The notes below the pieces were generated by a model that saw nothing but the letters and a program-made list of their open reading frames with translations, had not been told where the DNA came from and made no database searches. DNA of 64,000 bases from Schmidtea polychroa (lineage: Eukaryota), in NCBI GenBank assembly GCA_044892525.1, contig CM097885.1, forward strand, positions 10,108,001 to 10,172,000, read 5' to 3'. This document shows, in pieces, positions 24,913 through 37,371 of the stretch (the stretch's first letter is position 1; each line of letters opens with the position of its first letter). A program made the position numbers and the translations under genes.

Positions 24913-27900
24913 ATGGAGGATTTAACGAAATCGGTAAGACATTTTCATTTTTCTACAGTGTTATTTTATATTAAATTTGATTTAATTTCTATATAATTAT
25001 AATATTTATAAATTTTTTGAGATGGAAAGTTCATTTAGAAAAATATAAACTGAATGTTATTATGTTACTCAGTGATTTCCAAATGGGTTCCATGAGAAAA
25101 CTCAAGGGTTCCGTGGGATAATGAACTCTAACAGGGAGGTAGCCAAAATTTTAGGATGGGGTGGGGGGGGTATTAATTATTGCAATTCATCGAGCAATGT
25201 TAAAAGTTGACTCGGGAAAATAGAAAAAAATATTCAATAAATAACAAAATAATTAAAAAAATTATTATAAATGTATATTACATAGAATATATTATAATAT
25301 TAATTTATCTTTGTCCCTTTATTAATTCAGAAAGTATTTCATGCGGACTTATTTTAATGTCTTGATGAATATAAAACAAGCCCAAACCGTTTAACCTTCT
25401 TTCATCCTTGGTATTTCTTAAATATGACTTCAGGTATTTAAGTGGTGAAAAAGAACGCTCCGCTGTACAAGTTGATACCGGCAAAGTAAGATATCGTGAG
25501 AAGCAGAGCCGTAGCTAGGGGATGGAGAATGGGGCGACCTCCCGGGGGCTGAGTCGAAGGGCACCAAAACTGTGAAATGATCATTTAATTTTTTTGCTTT
25601 TCTTTTTTTTCATATTAAATTTTTATATTCTGCTTTCCATGTTTACTGTTTTCAAAAGTTAAACTAAAACAAAACGGTTTTGCTGGTCTATCTAAAGGCT
25701 GATCATGAAAACAGTTTTGAGCATAGAAAATGCTACTTAGCCTGGAAAGATCTTGAAAATCGTTTGAAAGAAGGAAGGACAATTGATGATAATGGTTATA
25801 GATATCGATATGCCCGATACAGTAATCTATATATAAAAACGAGAAATCGGAGAATAGCCTATTCAATATTGAGAAGAGTCAGAATTATATTTTCATAGTT
25901 AGGGAAATTTTGTGAAACATGGCAACTCATTTCTTGCAAACTCGGCCACCCGCTGATATGGAAGATGAAGCTATATATGTATAATAAATATTTATAATTA
26001 ATTGGTTTTCGTTATAATATAAGTTTGGTTAAGCATTTTATAGCTTTGCATCTTAATTTCACTCTTCAAGACCAATTCCATTCCTGTAAGTACATAATTA
26101 ATGGGAGTGGTGGATTCTTTTGGAACCAGGGGCGCCAAATTTCAATCTCGCCCCGGGTGCCATTTTCCATAGCTACGGCTCTGGCTAAAAGAATATAAAT
26201 ATTTTTATAAGAAATTGGATCACATATTGCTAATGTATCTACAGCAGTAGTCGGTTTGATTTTAATTTCTTCAAATTTGTTGTACCACAGCTTTAACTCA
26301 TATTTAAGAGTTTTTTGTTACAATATCTCTTTTAGAAATCAATAAAGGTTATTAAAATTTTGATGTTCTTCGTCCGTTTTCTTTAGTTTGACATCCGATG
26401 GAATAAAACAGGAAAATGATTTTAATGACTCCGTTTACATTTTTAATAAATGTTGGTTGCGCGCTTATATTAAAGTCAATATAATGTGCAATTAAGCAGT
26501 AATGTTATTTGTAGAATTATTCCATCAATGATTGGCTATTATTGTGCTAATTATCTTACAGCATTGCATTTTATTGATTTATTCAATGAAATTTATGTAG
26601 TTGGACTTTTATTTACCACTTCAAGATATCCTGTTAGAAATTTGTGTATTATTTAAAAACTTAAGTTAATGAAAACATTCTTTTTAAAAAATGTAAACAC
26701 GACGTAGTTTATGGACGTAGTTACTGGAAATTACATGTTTATTTTAAATGACTTCATTGGTAAAACTGTGTTATAACAGTGCTAGTGAAGCAATTATATT
26801 GTTCACTAAATTCGGCTGGTTACGGTGAATTTCCTGTGTATAGGGTGTGGAGTAGAATTGAAATCCTAAGGTAGAATTATCGCATAGAATAGATTAAGTA
26901 ATAGATAAGATCTCAAATATGTATTCAAACATGAAATGCTGTAATGGATTGTGATAGTTTTGCGATCGATCTAAGTACACTTCAATATCTTATGCATTTG
27001 GGCAATAGATACTGGATTGATTGTTGAGAATATTGGGTTTTGTAGGTGCTTTGGATTGGAGTTAAAAGTCTCAATGATAAAATAACGTCGTAGAATAGAT
27101 TGAGAATTAAATAGAATTTTCAATATGACTTTCACCAGATAATAATATAGCCTTCTGTCGTAATCTTGAGATTGATTTGATTGTGTATCGAGATAATTAA
27201 TCCTGTTAAAGAAAATCCATTAAAGTTTCTAATCGTTCGATTCGTGATAGGCAATTTTAATTTGTGATCGAAATTGTTAGCTTCTGTATTTCTTTTACCA
27301 TGTTTTGAAAAAACCATGTGAAAGAATGGTGAATAATAATATTTAAACAAAGTAATTTTTGTTTATTTCATTAGTAATACTTTTGGAATTCTTAATTAGT
27401 TTTATATAATTTTGAATACGATTAATATAAGAATTAAATCTCGGTGTTTGAGGCACTACATTCAGTAATCTCAGAATAGTGTGTCATTCGTTTTCTGAGT
27501 CAATTGTTTACCTCTAGATGTTTGTATTATTGAACGATTTTCCAGGTGTTGTTTGAAACTTACAACATTTTAAGTGTTATGTAACAAACAATGGGGGGGG
27601 GTTAAAGTAATAATGTAAAACTAATGAAAGAGTCAATGAGTCCTGCCCGAAATATTTGAAAATCTTCCGGGTTAGTTACGGATAAAAAATGAAAAGATAA
27701 AAAAAATCATTAAATTATTTTGTATAATATTTTATCAAATTTCATTTTTTCTCTAAACATTTCTAATTAATTTTATCTTTCAACTAACCAAAAAAAGAAT
27801 TCTAATAAACGAGGACATCGAAATATATGTGGGAAATACTTACCTGAATCTTAGAAATTTTTGAAATGTTTGTATGTATGTGAATGAGTGATTATGGAAT

Positions 27901-30900
27901 AACGTTTAATTAAAATCACCAAATGGAAAATTTTATTATAACTTTTAATTTTTATCGACAACATGGCATTTTTATTTCAATGTTATCTGAAAATCGACTT
28001 TCCTCTATCGAATGATGCATAATTTTTCCAATTTGGACCATTAATTCTTTTTAACTGTTATAATAAATTAAATATGGAAAATTATTTTAATTAAATTTAA
28101 TTGAGTTATTGAATTAAAATAAATATGAATTAAATCACACATTGAATCTTTTTTATGAACAAACAAATCTATGGATAATTATGTATTTTGATTGATAACG
28201 TGATTCCGTCATTTTTGACGGTTTATAGCTAGTTTTTTGATAAAAATCTACTAAAATTCAATAAAATTAATTAATGATATCGATTTAACCAGACATTTTC
28301 GATAGATTTAAATTGAAAAATATGTTTGGATAATTGAATTTAACGAGGGATTCGAATTTTCAATGCCGACTTCTTATGAATATTCAAGTGATCCCAAAAT
28401 GTTGAATTAACCCTGGATTGAATTAATTTCAATTATATATGAAGTTTCGTAGCATCTTCGAGTTAGTATATTGCTGTACAAGATCCAAATATTCGACTAA
28501 GCTCTGGGTTGTACAAATCTTCTGTCAGAATACTATAAAGATTTTTACTGATGTATTTCAAGTGCTAGTCTACTTGTTTAGCATCAAACTGAATCGTTAA
28601 TAATTACTTTGTCCTCTCTGATGGCGCTGCAATCATTTTGGCGTTCCATGTTTGTCTAGATTTGGATGAACACCATGAGTTTTAATGTCGGTGTACCTAT
28701 TTAAGTTTTTTTTTCCCAAACGTTATATCTCGTTTTGCAGTGACTTTTTGAAGAAAACAATTTTGTGAAGAAGCCGCAAACTTAGTTTGTTTTCCAATGT
28801 GACATAGTTCATTTAATTACAGTTTAACAGTATTTATCTCCATTTTATTATCTTTCTATCAATTTTATTCCATAACTATCAATTAAAAATACTTTTTTAG
28901 AATAAGAAAATATTTAAAGATAATATGGAAATATAATTATATTTTAGTGTTAATATCGTGTTATTTCGTTCTTATCCGTTCTGGAATTAATTAAATATTT
29001 TTTAAATATGACATAAACCAGGAAAACTTTAAATTACAGAGACCCTAACCCAATTGCTTTCAATAAGTGGCGTAATTTCAAATTCTGGGCACCCTTGCAA
29101 GATTTTCAAAATGCCCCATGGCAATCTGATAGGCAATAATTTTATATTTTTATATTATAAAAAACTATTTTATTAATTTATTTAAAGAAACTTTTTTAAT
29201 AAATATCAACAACGACGGCAGTCGGAAACTTGGCAATGAAACTAATGACGCCAGCATAGATCAAAGATGGGAAGTGAAACCAATTGAGTGAATTAACTGC
29301 AAATTCCAACGTCACCTGGCGATTATAATATGCCTTCGACTATGAGTCACTGCTCACTAGCTTAAAAGAAAGCCTAAAAAATATGCGCCGACCACACGTA
29401 AATAGTAATATTCTACATCATCTTCCTGCCTGCATTATTTATTGATTTTACAAGGATTATAAGGAGTTCAATAGGAGTTTCGGTTTCCGGCTTTCTGTTG
29501 TGCATTTATTAATTAAAATATTTCATTTTTCAGGCTTGAAAATGGAGCCCTTTTGCCTGGCCCCTCCGTATTTGCGGGCCCATAGTTACGGTATTGCTTT
29601 CAATGCTATGTTTAAAGCCATCCTAGATCCCATTTTATTTTACATTTGATAAAATCACTGTTTAAATGTTTATATAGTAAATTTATTATAAAGTATATCT
29701 TTATATTCAGGAATTACTAAACAAGTTAAACGAAATCCTCGAATGTTCTATACATCACGGAATAATGATAAATCCTAAAATGTTTTCATGTCAGCATGTA
29801 TTTTGTTATAAATGTATAAAAGACTACTTTAAAACCACTCAACCTATTTTAATTTGCCCGATTTGTAGAAGAAAAGAAAATATAGATGGAGTTGAAAATT
29901 TACCTCCGTCGTACACGCACAATAAACTGATGGACATATTAAAATTAAAACCAGAATCAGATGCTGATGATAATGACAGTGAAAACGATTCAAAATGGAA
30001 AATTGAAAATATTCAGAAAAATATGGTTAACAATTCTCATTATCAACAGGTTTATCCAAATGATTTTGAAAAGGTTCGTAACATTTTATCACAGAATAAT
30101 GAGAGTGATTTTTCATTGGTTACTGCAAATAACCTAAATTCCGAATCCAGTCAAATCGTATTCGTTGATTCGTGCACCAATAAAATTACTGTTTATTCCG
30201 CTTCCGGCGAATCGGCTTTCTCCATTTACATTGACAGTGAAATTGTAATTCCTCGCTATATTCGAGTCATTGACAACAGTTTATATCTTACAGGCAGCAT
30301 AAAATATGCCAATCAAACAGTTTCTGTTTTTCTTCAAAGTGATTTCCTTGGTAATGTCATTGAAAAATCAAAATTTAATATAGCCGACTCTTCCCCGTTT
30401 TTGGGATTCGACTTCAACGAATCTAAGAACTTATTCTACGTTTGCATGCCTGAAAATAAAACGATTCAATTATTTGATAGGTTTCTTGAAGAATCTAATT
30501 ATTATATCGATACCCATGAAAACTCACCGGAATTCATTGCGTTCAGTGAAAAGGAAAAACAGCTCTATGTTTCTTGTCCGCTTAATCGACGCATTTTGAT
30601 ATTGAATTCGGAAACTTATAAAACAATTTCAACTGATGAAATCGTGCCAAAAATGATTTTCGTCACCGATGATGAGAAAGTTTTATTTCTCGATCAGAAA
30701 GCGAACAAAATTATTTGGATTAAAAGGATAAATGATCACTTATTACAACACCAGCTTGATTTGACGTATTTTCGAAAAGATTTACAGATTAGAACCTTTT
30801 ATGCTTTGTCTTTATCGATGATTGTTATTGCTACCAATGATCAGATTTTTCTTTACCAATTAGATCAGAATTTATCAAGTTCAAATAGAGCTCCTACATT

Positions 30901-30916
30901 TTGTAATTTGTTATGA
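24913..30916 (+). CDS. RING-finger + beta-propeller (NHL-like) protein, TRIM-like E3 ligase paralog 1; predicted exons 24913-24933 and 29711-30916
   Basis: Main exon ELLNKLNEILECSIHHGIMINPKMFSCQHVFCYKC..CPICR followed by beta-rich repeats; acceptor ttcag at 29710; tentative phase-0 first exon MEDLTKS|gtaaga; AATAAA at ~30949. Confidence 0.85.
25132..26430 (-). mobile_element. hAT remnant carrying a nested hAT MITE (25504-26183)
   Basis: Minus-strand TLPVSTCTAERSFSPLKYLKSYLRNT; nested element with TIRs CAGAGCCGTAGCTA / TAGCTACGGCTCTG. Confidence 0.75.
27801..28232 (+). mobile_element. Non-autonomous Helitron (3' terminus clear, 5' end tentative)
   Basis: Hairpin CCGTCA-tttt-TGACGG (28206-28221) followed by CTAG|T at 28229-28233. 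Confidence 0.55.
29065..29596. mobile_element. hAT MITE
   Basis: Perfect 8-bp TSD CTTTCAAT (29057-29064, 29597-29604); degenerate TIRs AAGTGGCGTAAT / GTTACGGTATTG. Confidence 0.8.
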
Positions 30917-31848
30917 TTTGAGAATTTCTGTCAATTTTTTTATGATTCAATAAAGTATTATTTATGGTGATTTTTATTTATATTTCAATAATGAACAAAG
31001 AAGACCCCCTAAAAATGATGAGATAATAAACATTTTTAATTATTATTGAAAGGGTAGAATTCACGTTTAAGTTACAACTGCATATTGCTAATAAACATTT
31101 AAATTGTATTTGTCAGATTACATAAATTTTTATATAAATATTTAAATTAATAAATTAAAGTAAGTTTAAAATATAAAAATATATTAAATATTAAAATAAA
31201 TTAAACCAGCATTGAAATCAGCATCAAAATTAAAATAATAAAAAAGCCTCGAAAAGATTGTTTGAATATTACAAAAATGAGCAGTTTTTTGAATAAAATA
31301 AATTTAGTAATTTTATTTGGTTAATTTATTAATTATGGAGATTGAAAATGAATTCGACGTTGTTGCGGCTAACAATTATAATTGGTTTAATAATAATAAT
31401 TTAGGATTATTTTCTTTAACAATATTATTTCAATTTTTTACCATCAAATTTTTTTATTTCAAAATTAATTTATTTACCCATCTAATTTAATTTTATTAAA
31501 CCAAAAAAAAACAACAAAATAAGACATTTTCACAAAAAAAATAAAACAACAAAAAATAATTAGTAAGTATTTTATTTTTCAGGTTATATTTACGTTTTGG
31601 TCTACCTTTAGCTCTCATTGCAATAGTAATGATTGTTGCAGTTGGAATTATTAAATGTGTTCAAAAAAAGATTACTTGATTGTGCCCATGGATTTATAAT
31701 ATGTAATAATTAATTAATTATTTGACATCAAGAAATTGCTGTGCTCATGGATCTATTAATTTGGCACATAAATTAATTTAATTAAATCGAAAAAAATTTA
31801 ATAGGGTAGATAAATTAATTATCAAAGAAAATTAAATTTAAAAACAAA

Positions 31849-32960
31849 ATGAATAATGGCAGTGAATTCCAGGAATTGGACCAATACCATTCTGATGAAG
31901 ATATTTCAGACACAGACAATGAACCTGTTGCCAAAAAACCAAATTTTTTAAAAATTGGGATGCAATTCAGTTTTTTCAGAATAGAGATCAAGAAGTTGAT
32001 TGGCTTTCAAAAAACAAACTTTGGTCATTTGATAAAGCATATGAAACTTCAATACAATAGTGACAATCATGGTGTTGTCCACTTTTAAACCACCTGCAAT
32101 CACAATCTTGACGAAATCTTAGAAAACCAAACCAAAGAGGGATTAATCTAGTAACAAAGGAACCCATCAAAATCTGTTACAACTTGGAGTCAAGAAGCCA
32201 AAGCTCATCAGCCAAAATTTGTTTAAAGAGAAGCTTTTACATGCTGAAATTGAAATTCCAAATGATAGAAAACTTTTTAACTTTCTTCAAACTTTAAAAG
32301 TGTCAAATTCAAAATCACTAACTTTTAGTGAGTTAGTCTCTCTTCTCGAGTAAAATGTAACCATTCCAGAAGATTTAGATTCTCCATTCGTTTTTAATTA
32401 ACTGAAAATAGATTATGATGATGTTGCAAACATTTCCAGCCAACAAATTCAACATTCCAATAGAGAGAAGAAAGCAGTTTAAAATCGACAATGGGAACAA
32501 TTGGACTTCAAGTGTCCAAAGCTTAAAAAAATGAGGTGTTTTTTCATTTACTTAAAATTAATTTCCTGCTGACAAAAGATGTTTTTAAGCACACTTTTGT
32601 AAAATTTTGAACACATTTTTAAATTTTTTAAGAACTTGTTTAATTTTTGTTGAACACAGATTCAATAATTCTATTTTGCACAGTTAATAAAAATTTGGGC
32701 ACACTTCTAATTGTTTCATGAGCACAGTTAGTTTATCCTCCCTATTCATAAATTTATGTGCACAGTTAATAACCACTCTTGGAATAGTAGTTGCAACTGC
32801 AGGAATGGCATTAACTTCATTTATTGCCGTTTCATTTGGTTGAAAATCTAATGACGTTGTTGTTAAAGCTGGTCGGCTTCGGCTTCGCTTGAAACCAATG
32901 GTTATATTTGAAGCATTCTGGGGTATCTTACACAGATTGAGACATTTCACTGTTCCAATA
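31849..32960. mobile_element. Possible Mutator-like transposase remnants
   Basis: Acidic N-terminal fragment on plus. On minus, IPQNASNITIGFKRSRSRPALTTTSLDFQP resembles the post-SWIM tail of MULE transposases; no catalytic motif seen. Confidence 0.3.
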
Positions 32961-32963
32961 ACA

Positions 32964-33240
32964 CAGTGTTGTCCAAACTTTTTTGAGCCACGCACACTTG
33001 GCTGAATTAAAAATTTTCGCGGCACACCTAATTTTTTTTTGCTTTATTTGCAAATTTTTATTGCACTTTTACTAATCTTTTAATAAGAATTGAAAAACTT
33101 ATTTACTTGAAATAAATTTAGAAAAATTAGTGAATGAAAAATTCATAAAACATAGTTAATGAGATTTATGTGCTTGATGTTCCGAACAAATAAGTTCCAA
33201 TCGTAGTGGAATTTTTGACAAACAAACTCTTAATAAAACT
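32964..33240 (-). mobile_element. hAT (Buster/Charlie-like) 3' end fragment
   Basis: TIR-like CAGTGTTGTCCAAAC and minus-strand LRVCLSKIPLRLELICSEHQAHKSH*. Confidence 0.6.
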
Positions 33241-33719
33241 CGTTAAAGTTTTCATTACTCTTTTCATAATTATTATTATTATTATATTCGAATCAGTTTG
33301 TGATAGTTGCATATAGAAACCAGTGATCAATACCCAGTGACCTACAGCCAGTGATCAATAGCCAGTGACCTACAGCCAGTGATCAATAGCCAGTGACCAA
33401 TAACAAGTGATTAATAGTCAGTGACCAATTGTCAGAGACCAATATAATAATATTTTCATAAAATGACTCTATTTAAACAAGTTATACAAAATACTTTTAA
33501 CAAGCTCTAAATTGACATTTAGATACATCTACTTTGTTACGACTTATCTCAACTTAATGTAGCATTTTAATTTACTCATATTATATGTGATATATTATAA
33601 TACTTATTATATCATTATACTTATAATATATGTTTGATGATATATGCAATCAAAATTCATAAAAATAACAATAAACATACTACTTACTTTTAAAATTCCA
33701 AGTTTATGAAATAACAAAG

Positions 33720-34311
33720 GAACTATTGACAGAGCGACACAAACACAAAGGGCTAAATTCACAATATCAACTAAATAAATTTAATAAAACACACCAAAAT
33801 TGTTCTCGCGCTAATACAGAAAAATTATGGTAGTCAGCGTATGTGTGGGGAAAAAAATATCAGAAAAAAATGTCAGATTCAAAGAAGCAATTCTCATCAT
33901 AAACAGACAGCCAAAGATCAACACTAAAGAAGAAATCAATGAAATTAGGAATTTGATCTGTTGTCATTGACCTTGAGAATAACTGACAATATATAAAGAA
34001 ATTAAAAAAATAGAATAAATTAAAAAGTAATAATTAGAATAATATAGAAAATTTTAAAAAAAAATAGGGTTTGAAAATCAAAATTGACACATTTATTGAA
34101 ATATTTAAATAGCATATATAAGTGGTTATTGTCATTTTGAAATTTTAAATGTAAAAATTTTAAAAGTTTTTAATAAAAAAATTCATTATATTTACAACCA
34201 ATGAGAATTAAAAGAAAGGAAATAAAAGAAAGATTGAAAGGTATTTTGGGGAAGAACATTGCTAAATTCCAGGAGATTGACAAGAACTATCTTATAGTCG
34301 AAAATTTTTTC
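33720..34311 (+). mobile_element. Penelope-like element 3' remnant
   Basis: RFKEAILIINRQPKINTKEE (GIY-YIG C-terminal E..I..P.IN motif) followed by a minimal hammerhead motif. Confidence 0.6.
34273..34311 (+). ncRNA. Minimal type I hammerhead ribozyme, U3-A8 core variant
   Basis: GAGA-UUGACAA-G(A)ACUAU cuu AUAGUC-GAAA-AUU-U-UUUC: stem I GAGA/UUUC, stem II hairpin, palindromic AAUU stem III. Confidence 0.6.
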
Positions 34312-34457
34312 ATTAAATACATTATTTGCAGCAAAAGGCTTAAATTATCAATTTATTGTTTTAAATAATAAATGCTGCTACCAAGAAATCATCATTTTAT
34401 AATAACAATAATAATAATAATAATAATTAAAAGATAGCGCCAATCAAACATTCTTTT

Positions 34458-34496
34458 CACGATATATTTCGACAGTTGTCCTGTCATCATAAGGTG
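34458..34496 (-). ncRNA. Minimal type I hammerhead ribozyme, degenerate (G5U)
   Basis: CAC-CUUAUGA-U-GACAG gacaa CUGUC-GAAA-UAUAU-C-GUG. Confidence 0.65.
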
Positions 34497-35200
34497 GGAT
34501 ATAACAACTATGTAAATTAAGGATTTTAAACAAATTTATTAATTATATAAAAACTTTTTTATTTAATAAAAATATTTAATTATTTTTAAAAATTATAATT
34601 AAATTAATATATTATTTTAGAAATTTCAGAATTTAACATTCAAAATTTAATTTAATAATTTCAAAAATTTTAATAATTATTTAATTTAACACAACAATCA
34701 ATATATACAATATACAAAAAATTATTTAAAAACGTTTAAAACACAAGTATTCACTGCATTCTGCACATTAATTTTTGGATTCAATGACTTTATTTACAAC
34801 GCTTCACAAATCACACGTTTCCAATAATTATCGAAATTTTTTAATAAAATTTTAAAATCAGACATACCTATTCTAATCTTACAGCCCTTATTGTGCTCAC
34901 TAATATGGGTCAAAGCCTTCGGTCTACAATGTTCTCGAGCTCGAATACAGAAATGACGGGAAGTCTCTCCAATGTATGTGGCATTACACCCATTACATGT
35001 AAACTGATAAACGAGATCGGAACACAATTCGACCGGAGGTTTAGACTTATTAATAAACATATTGCGTACTTTCCATAACTATTTTCTAACTACTTTCTTA
35101 TCTTCACTTTATAATCCTTAAAACTTTCTGAGTACGGCAATACTAACAAAAATTTAGGCTCATCATCCTTGCTCACACTATTTAATTTATTTGACTCATC
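34458..35200 (-). mobile_element. Penelope-like element 3' remnant (GIY-YIG endonuclease)
   Basis: ORF 34794-35060: LVYQFTCNGCNATYIGETSRHFCIRAREH..HISEH..FKIL..ICEAL; hammerhead motif downstream. Confidence 0.88.
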
Positions 35201-36216
35201 AGACTCACACACCTCAACAAAATCACACCCAGATCACAAAAATCAAAAATCACACTCCTAAGGATCCATGTTTGAGAAAATTAATTTTTATATATTAATT
35301 TTTATAAATATTAATATAAATATAATATTTAATTAATAAATTTAAAAGAAACTTTAAAAACGTAAATAAATATAAAATTAAATATAATTATCGATGTTCT
35401 TTATATATCGTTAATACGATTTTATCATTGTATTTTAAATAAGATTTTTGGTTCAATAAAAAATATAAATAATAATCTAAATATAAATAAATGGATTTTG
35501 AAAAAAATAAAATAATATGTACTAAATATATAAAGAAATAAAAAAAGAAATCAAAATAAATAATAATTTAAAACTTAAATTAAAAGACAGTTTTTTTATA
35601 GTTGATCTAAAAGAAAATAAAAATTTTGAAGCATGTAAAAAATCGCTTTTCAAACCAAATCCCGCAGGTCAATTTATTGCTTCACATTGACACCAAATAA
35701 CATCGATATGCACAGATAAAACTTCAAAAAAAATCAAAATTCTTTAAGGGGATCTCACGAAAAGCCAAATATTCATGAGTTTTGAGATTTCATTTAAACA
35801 AAATTATCTAAAATTCACAAACAATAAACAAAACGTAAAGAAATGCAAAATGAAAGTGACAGTAAAATGAATATCACGTAGAAAATTTCCGCTTATAACA
35901 GATCTTATTTGGAAATGGTGTAAAATAAATATTTTGTTATTTCCACATAAATGCTGCCAAAATTGTATTTATTTCGTATTTTGTTAGTAAAAATAAACAA
36001 ATATTTATTAAAAAATTTCAAAGATATTGAAAAAATCTGAAAAGTGAAAAATGCAGTGGCGAAAATTCGTTAATATCAAAAACATCGATATATTTACTGA
36101 TTTAGTCTTCAAGCTCTTTTTAATAAATTCAATGGAAAAGAAAATCAGTGGTGAAATTGCGAAAAATATTAATATAAAAATAAATAGACAATAATACAAC
36201 ATTTTTAACTCTAGAT

Positions 36217-36670
36217 CAATCCATTTTATAGAAAATTAAATTTTATCTCTATAATATATGAATAAATATCCAAGGAAATTAAGTTAACGTATAATAAATA
36301 CAAATTTATCGTAAAAACATGTGTGTATTACACACAAAACAAGATACATAATTTCTAATCAATCCATTTTATAGATAATTAAATTTTATCTATATAATAT
36401 ATGAATAAAATCCTAAGAAAATTATGTTAACTGTATGAAAAATACAAATTTATTGTAAAAACATGTGTGTATTACACACAACATACGAGACATAATTTTT
36501 AATCAAGCTATTTTATAGAAAATTAAATTTTATCTATATAATATATGAATAAAAATCCAAGAAAATTACGTTAACCGCGCGAAAAATACAAATTTATCGT
36601 AAAAACATGTGTGTATTACACACAAAGCGACAAACTAAAATTGTAATTGCGCCATTTTGTAGAGAATTAA
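36217..36670. repeat. ~143-bp tandem repeat, about 3 copies
   Basis: aatacaaatttat.gtaaaaacatgtgtgtattacacaca and attttataga.aattaaattttatct recur at ~143-bp spacing. Confidence 0.9.
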
Positions 36671-36760
36671 ATTCTGCCTATACATGGTTACACTTAACTT
36701 CCAATCGGACAAAGAAAAAAGAGACAAAGGGATGAAAAAGAGATAAAAAACAGTAGAGTA

Positions 36761-37044
36761 GGGTAATGTGTGGACCCGGGTGAAACCTTTGCATAGATCT
36801 CTTCAAGAACTTTCGAATGATACCCTGCTTTGAAAGTTTGACCTTATTTATCCTTTGGAAATTAATGATAATTCATATGTCTCTGTTACGTAAGATATCT
36901 TAGTTACGTAATATGTCTTTGTTACGTAATTTTCAAAAAAATTAAAAATATACCCCCCGGGTAGGGGTGGGGGTATGGCGTAATTTCCTCTGTGATGTCA
37001 TCGATTACGTAATAGTTATTTGTTCCCGGGTCCACACATTACCC
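36761..37044. mobile_element. MITE with perfect 20-bp TIRs
   Basis: GGGTAATGTGTGGACCCGGG / CCCGGGTCCACACATTACCC, TA on both sides. Confidence 0.88.
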
Positions 37045-37371
37045 TAGACAATAGACAAACAAAAAGAAATGTAAAATGAAAGCGTTCAAATATTTGATAA
37101 ACTTAGTGAAAATGAGAGACTTTGTGACTCTACAAAAACGTGTTGATGTTGAAATGTTTAATGTTTCTATGGATATTATTGTTGGGAATGTGATGAAGAT
37201 TTCAAGGAACTCTTAAAGGTGTAAATTTGGTTGCTGCCTTGAACCTAGCCACATTATAATAAATATGGAATTGTAATTATCGATAATGATAATTTGGTTG
37301 GCTTTCAAGGGATTCTATCAAATGCATTTTCATCTTCAATTATAGGAAATGCTCAATTGCAATATTATTAT

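Noticed and set aside
25137..25147. AGGTAGCCAAA, similar to the 28S R2 target site
   Set aside because: Lies in a hAT terminus 9 kb from the R2 element, with no surrounding 28S sequence
26430..27350. G/T-skewed tracts (also 44160-45060) as decayed LINEs on minus
   Set aside because: Only faint motif traces; too weak to call without a profile search
33320..33442. CCAGTGA(T/C)C short repeats as a CRISPR-like array
   Set aside because: A ~14-bp minisatellite with no unique spacers, in eukaryotic context with no cas genes
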